Part shown: positions 60,136-64,000 of the stretch, one piece after another
Layout: each line of letters opens with the position of its first letter
Numbering within the stretch: position 1 is the stretch's first letter
Source of the DNA: Candidatus Latescibacterota bacterium
GTDB taxonomy: Bacteria; Latescibacterota; UBA2968; GCA-2709665
Direction of reading: 5' to 3'
NCBI GenBank assembly: GCA_965203805.1
Contig: OZ241917.1
Span: 4,032,001-4,096,000, forward strand
Length of the DNA: 64,000 bases
Program-made: the position numbers and the translations under genes
The notes under the pieces: model-generated
Told to the model about the DNA's origin: nothing
The model's input: the letters and a program-made list of their open reading frames with translations, nothing else
Database searches by the model: none

Positions 60136-62673
60136 ATGGCATTGAAGAAATCCCAACTCTATTCATCACTCTGGCAAAGCTGCGACGAGTTACGTGGTGG
60201 CATGGACGCGTCTCAGTACAAAGACTACGTCCTGACCCTTTTGTTCATGAAGTATGTCTCTGACAAACACGCCTCCGATCCCAACGCGCTTATCGAAGTT
60301 CCTCCTGGCGGCGGCTTTTCGGACATGGTGGCGTTGAAAGGAAACAAGGAAATAGGAGACAGGATAAACATAATTATTGGAAGACTTGCCGAGTCGAACG
60401 ATTTAAAAGGTGTCATCGATCAGGCGGATTTCAATGACGAAAGCAAGCTCGGTTCGGGCAAGGAAATGCAGGATCGGCTTTCCAAACTGGTTGCCATATT
60501 CGACGGTCTGGACTTCCGGGCCAACCGCGGCGGGGGAGATGATCTGCTCGGCGACGCGTACGAATACCTGATGATGCACTTCGCCACCGAGTCGGGTAAG
60601 AGCAAAGGGCAATTTTACACGCCGGCCGAGGTATCCCGTATCATGGCGAAAGTGATCGGTATTGGACCTGACACTCGCCAGGACCAGACCATCTACGATC
60701 CGACCTGCGGCTCCGGCTCGTTACTGCTCAAGGCCGCGGACGAGGCGCCAAACGGCATCACAATCTACGGCCAGGAGATGGACAACGCCACTTGGGCGCT
60801 GGCTCGAATGAATCTGATCCTGCATGGCCACCCGACAGCCGAACTTTGGCGTGGGAATACGCTGGCCTCACCGTATTTCAAAAACTCTGATGACAGTCTC
60901 AAGACGTTTGATTTCGCCGTCGCGAATCCACCCTTTTCTGCAAAAGCCTGGACAAGCGGCCTCAATCCGGAACACGACGAATACGGACGGTTCGGGTATG
61001 GTATCCCCCCGGCAAAGAATGGTGACTATGCCTTCCTCTTGCACCTCATTGCGTCGCTCAGGAGCAACGGAAAGGGTGCGATTATCCTGCCGCACGGCGT
61101 GTTATTCCGTGGCAACAAGGAAGCGGATATCCGCAAGAACCTCGTCCGGCACGGCTTTATCAAGGGTATCATCGGCCTGCCAGCCAATCTATTCTATGGC
61201 ACCGGCATACCCGCCTGCATACTGGTCATCGATAAGCAGAGCGCCCACGCTCGCACGGGTATCTTTATGATCGATGCCAGCAAGGGCTTCCTCAAGGATG
61301 GGAACAAGAATCGCCTGCGGGCGCAGGACATCCATCGAATCGTCGATGTATTCAACAATCAAATCGAGGTGCCTCGCTATTCCCGCATGGTGCCGGTAGC
61401 CGAGATCGGCAGTCCCGCTAACGACTACAACCTCAACATTCCGCGATATATCGACTCCAGTGACCCGGAGGATTTGCACGATCTTGACGCGCACCTGCAT
61501 GGCGGCATTCCGGATCGGGACCTCGATGCACTTGCTGCTTATTGGGAGGTCTTCCCGTCATTGCGTCAGGCGTTGTTTGTAGGTAATGGCCGTCCGGGTT
61601 ATAGCGACGCCAGGGTTGAAACCCAACAGATGAAGGATGCTATTCTCAACCACGGCGAATTCAAGGTCTACATGCGGCGGGTCTCAGTTGTTCTCGATAG
61701 TTGGTGGGAGGCCCACCAGCCCGTCCTTATGTGCCTCGAAAAGGGAACCGATCCCAAGAATATCATCCTCATCTTGTCGGAAGACCTACTCACGCGTTTG
61801 TCCGGTCTGCCACTGCTCGACAGGTATGACATTTTTCAGCGACTGATGGACTACTGGGACGAGGTTATGCAAGACGATGTATACCTCATCGCCGATAATG
61901 GATGGAAAGCTGGCCGTAACCTGCGCTCTCCATACGAAAAAGAAACGCCGGAAATTAAAATCAAAAAAAGAAAAACGACCTCCAATTACGTGGGGGAAGT
62001 CATTCCGGCATCCTTGGTAATCACGAGGTTTTTCTGTGCCGAACAGCAAGAACTCGAGAGGCTTGAGTCAGACGTCGCTAAATTAGCGGAACGGAAAGAG
62101 GAGTTTGAAGCAGAACATGCTGCAGACGAGGGCGTTCTCAACGGACTCGAAGGCAAGAGTGGAATCACCAAGGGTAATGTGCAGCAACGCGCAGTAGAAC
62201 TTAAGGAATCCATCCTGAAAGCGTATCCCAAGAATAAGCCCGAGCACGATCAGGCGAAGTCGATCAAGAAGACGACATTTGGCGATAATGACTGGATCAA
62301 GAACATAAAGGACGCAGAAGGCCTATTCGAGGAGCTGGATGTTCTTTACGATTATCTTCAGCTGATCGCGGATGAGACAAGGCAAAAGAAGGCGCAAGAA
62401 CGAGCGATGGAAGCGTTGCACATGGCGGTAAATGAGAAGTACAACCAGCTCACTGATGTAGAAATAAAGTCTCTTGTGATCGAGGACAAATGGTTCGCGC
62501 GCATCCGAGCCGATATTCAGGCAGAGGTGCAGCGAATTACACAGCAACTTACCGGTAGGGTCAAGCAACTCGACGAGCGTTATGCGCGGCCGCTTCCCAA
62601 GTTGGAGCGGGAGGTCGATGAATACAGCGCGAAGGTCGAGGGCCACCTGAAAAAGATGGGACTATCGTTGTAG
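60136..62673 (+). CDS. hsdM: Type I RM methyltransferase subunit M
   Basis: LRGGMDASQYKDY, GQFYTP, YDPTCGSGSLL and ANPPF motifs; 845 aa long-C-terminus type. Confidence 0.95.
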   Translation: MALKKSQLYSSLWQSCDELRGGMDASQYKDYVLTLLFMKYVSDKHASDPNALIEVPPGGGFSDMVALKGNKEIGDRINIIIGRLAESNDLKGVIDQADFNDESKLGSGKEMQDRLSKLVAIFDGLDFRANRGGGDDLLGDAYEYLMMHFATESGKSKGQFYTPAEVSRIMAKVIGIGPDTRQDQTIYDPTCGSGSLLLKAADEAPNGITIYGQEMDNATWALARMNLILHGHPTAELWRGNTLASPYFKNSDDSLKTFDFAVANPPFSAKAWTSGLNPEHDEYGRFGYGIPPAKNGDYAFLLHLIASLRSNGKGAIILPHGVLFRGNKEADIRKNLVRHGFIKGIIGLPANLFYGTGIPACILVIDKQSAHARTGIFMIDASKGFLKDGNKNRLRAQDIHRIVDVFNNQIEVPRYSRMVPVAEIGSPANDYNLNIPRYIDSSDPEDLHDLDAHLHGGIPDRDLDALAAYWEVFPSLRQALFVGNGRPGYSDARVETQQMKDAILNHGEFKVYMRRVSVVLDSWWEAHQPVLMCLEKGTDPKNIILILSEDLLTRLSGLPLLDRYDIFQRLMDYWDEVMQDDVYLIADNGWKAGRNLRSPYEKETPEIKIKKRKTTSNYVGEVIPASLVITRFFCAEQQELERLESDVAKLAERKEEFEAEHAADEGVLNGLEGKSGITKGNVQQRAVELKESILKAYPKNKPEHDQAKSIKKTTFGDNDWIKNIKDAEGLFEELDVLYDYLQLIADETRQKKAQERAMEALHMAVNEKYNQLTDVEIKSLVIEDKWFARIRADIQAEVQRITQQLTGRVKQLDERYARPLPKLEREVDEYSAKVEGHLKKMGLSL

Positions 62674-62694
62674 GAAGGATAGAGGAGGATCAAC

Positions 62695-63558
62695 GTGTCA
62701 GGATCGAGTGCGACAAGTCTTCCAACCGTTCCATTCGGGAAATATCGGATCAGCCGGCTGATCATGGGCGACAATCCGATCTACGGATATTCACATTTCA
62801 ATCAGCTACTCTCGGGACATCAGAAGGAAGTCAATACATCTGATCAAGTGATGGCGACCCTGCGGCGCGCGGAGGAAGTAGGCATCAACGCTTGGCAGAA
62901 TTCCCTGACCCAACGATCTACCGCCGATCTTCAACGGTACCGCGAAGAGGGCGGTACGATCCATTACTTCTGCCTCAGCCCTGGCGGGTTATGGTACGAC
63001 GACCCCTCGCGGATCGTAGAAGCCGCCAGACACGAACCGATCGGGATGGCGCCCCACGGAAGCGGTGTCGCAGGGCGGTGTCTCAAGGAGAATCGCCTTG
63101 GGTATCTTCGAGATATCCTCAAGAAGATTCGTGACACCGGCGTCATGGTCGGGTTGTCGGTTCACAATCCCCGTCTCATTGATGTTGTCGAAGAAGAAGA
63201 TTGGGATATCGACTATTTCATGACCGCGCTGTATTATTTGGAAGGCGCCCAAGAGGAGTTCGAACAAAAATTTGGCTATGCGCCCCTTGGTGAAATCTAC
63301 CTCCGCGAACACCGCGACCGCATGTGCCGCATCATCCGCAACACTACCAAACCCTGTATTGTCTTCAAAGTCCTCGCGGCCGGTCGCACGATCGGCTCCA
63401 GGAGCCGGATTCGCGAAGAATTCGCCTATACGCTCGATAATATCAAGTCAAACGACATTCTTCTGGTGGGGATGTATCAGAAATTCAACGACCAACTCGG
63501 CGAAAACGCGGCTATGGTAGCGGAATTGTGTCAGGGAGAGTCAGTTTTAGGCGGGTAG
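62695..63558 (+). CDS. Hypothetical protein, aldo/keto-reductase-like fold
   Basis: LPTVPFGKYRISRLIMGDN, VGLSVH.P and FKVLAAGR resemble AKR-like barrels; RBS GAGGAGG. Confidence 0.6.
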   Translation: MSGSSATSLPTVPFGKYRISRLIMGDNPIYGYSHFNQLLSGHQKEVNTSDQVMATLRRAEEVGINAWQNSLTQRSTADLQRYREEGGTIHYFCLSPGGLWYDDPSRIVEAARHEPIGMAPHGSGVAGRCLKENRLGYLRDILKKIRDTGVMVGLSVHNPRLIDVVEEEDWDIDYFMTALYYLEGAQEEFEQKFGYAPLGEIYLREHRDRMCRIIRNTTKPCIVFKVLAAGRTIGSRSRIREEFAYTLDNIKSNDILLVGMYQKFNDQLGENAAMVAELCQGESVLGG

Positions 63559-63585
63559 CAAACCACGCACGACCATTGCTACCCG
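63552..63585. terminator. Hairpin overlapping the stop codon of the inserted gene
   Basis: CGGGTAGCAA-N14-TTGCTACCCG perfect 10-bp stem; no strong U-tract. Confidence 0.35.
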
Positions 63586-63637
63586 TTGATCGCACGGTGG
63601 GCTAATCAGATGAACAATAAACGCAGTTCTTTGGACA

Positions 63638-64000
63638 ATGGCCTTGATGCTCCGACATAGACTATCCGGGGATTTGCCGGTGGGTTACAAGCGTACAGAA
63701 CTCGGGTTACTTCCTGACGCGTGGGAAGCAGTGCCTCTCGGTGATCTCTTCGTTTTCAAGAATGGCTTAAACAAAGCCAAGCGTTTCTTCGGTACCGGGT
63801 CACCTATCGTCAATTACATGGACGTTTTTAGACGCCCGGGACTTAAGGCGGAAGATTTGTCAGGAAGGGTTGACCTCAGTCCTGAAGAGATCAAGAAATA
63901 CAAGGTGCGGCAGGGCGACGTTTTTTTTACGCGTACTTCCGAGACTATTGAGGATGTAGGTGTCGCATCGGTTATGCTCAACGAGCCGCGCGATACCGTA
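63638..64000 (+). CDS. hsdS: Type I RM specificity subunit S (5' part, runs off the window)
   Basis: Manual translation ...PVGYKRTELGLLPDAWEAVPLGDLFVFKNGLNK...GDVFFTRTSE; the exact start is uncertain. Confidence 0.88.
   Translation, partial: MALMLRHRLSGDLPVGYKRTELGLLPDAWEAVPLGDLFVFKNGLNKAKRFFGTGSPIVNYMDVFRRPGLKAEDLSGRVDLSPEEIKKYKVRQGDVFFTRTSETIEDVGVASVMLNEPRDTV

Overview
GC-rich bacterial chromosomal window. The gene repertoire resembles Latescibacterota/Gemmatimonadota/PVC-type genomes, but that is inference only. It has four parts. (1) 1-11.6 kb: a co-oriented amidohydrolase/aminotransferase cluster, a heparinase II/III-like gene and a Yip1 gene. (2) About 11.85-28.3 kb: a visibly lower-GC defence island on the minus strand. 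It is built around a split type III restriction-modification system (mod 24733-27834, res 16999-20148). Between mod and res lie a SocA/Panacea-like gene paired with a proteasome-beta-like Thr protease, two Fic genes and an MNT gene. A three-gene module ending in a ComEC-type metallo-beta-lactamase (MBL) gene follows res; that MBL gene is interrupted by two different IS630 elements and reconstructs exactly to 361 aa. All three MNT genes in the island are followed by gutted HEPN toxin stubs. (3) 29.6-57.9 kb: a bioenergetic supercluster. It holds a complex I operon lacking nuoB and nuoI, a complete 10-gene Mrp antiporter cluster nested between nuoM and nuoN, and an F1Fo operon carrying a MITE between the atpI RBS and its start codon. 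(4) 58.3-64 kb: GNAT, Zn-alcohol dehydrogenase and a type I RM locus with an unrelated gene between hsdM and hsdS. Mosaic short-period repeat tracts recur at about 7, 29 and 31.5 kb. No rRNA, tRNA or CRISPR array was recognised. The best candidates for undescribed systems are the Panacea-like + proteasome-like pair, the three-gene MBL module and the Mrp-in-Nuo arrangement.
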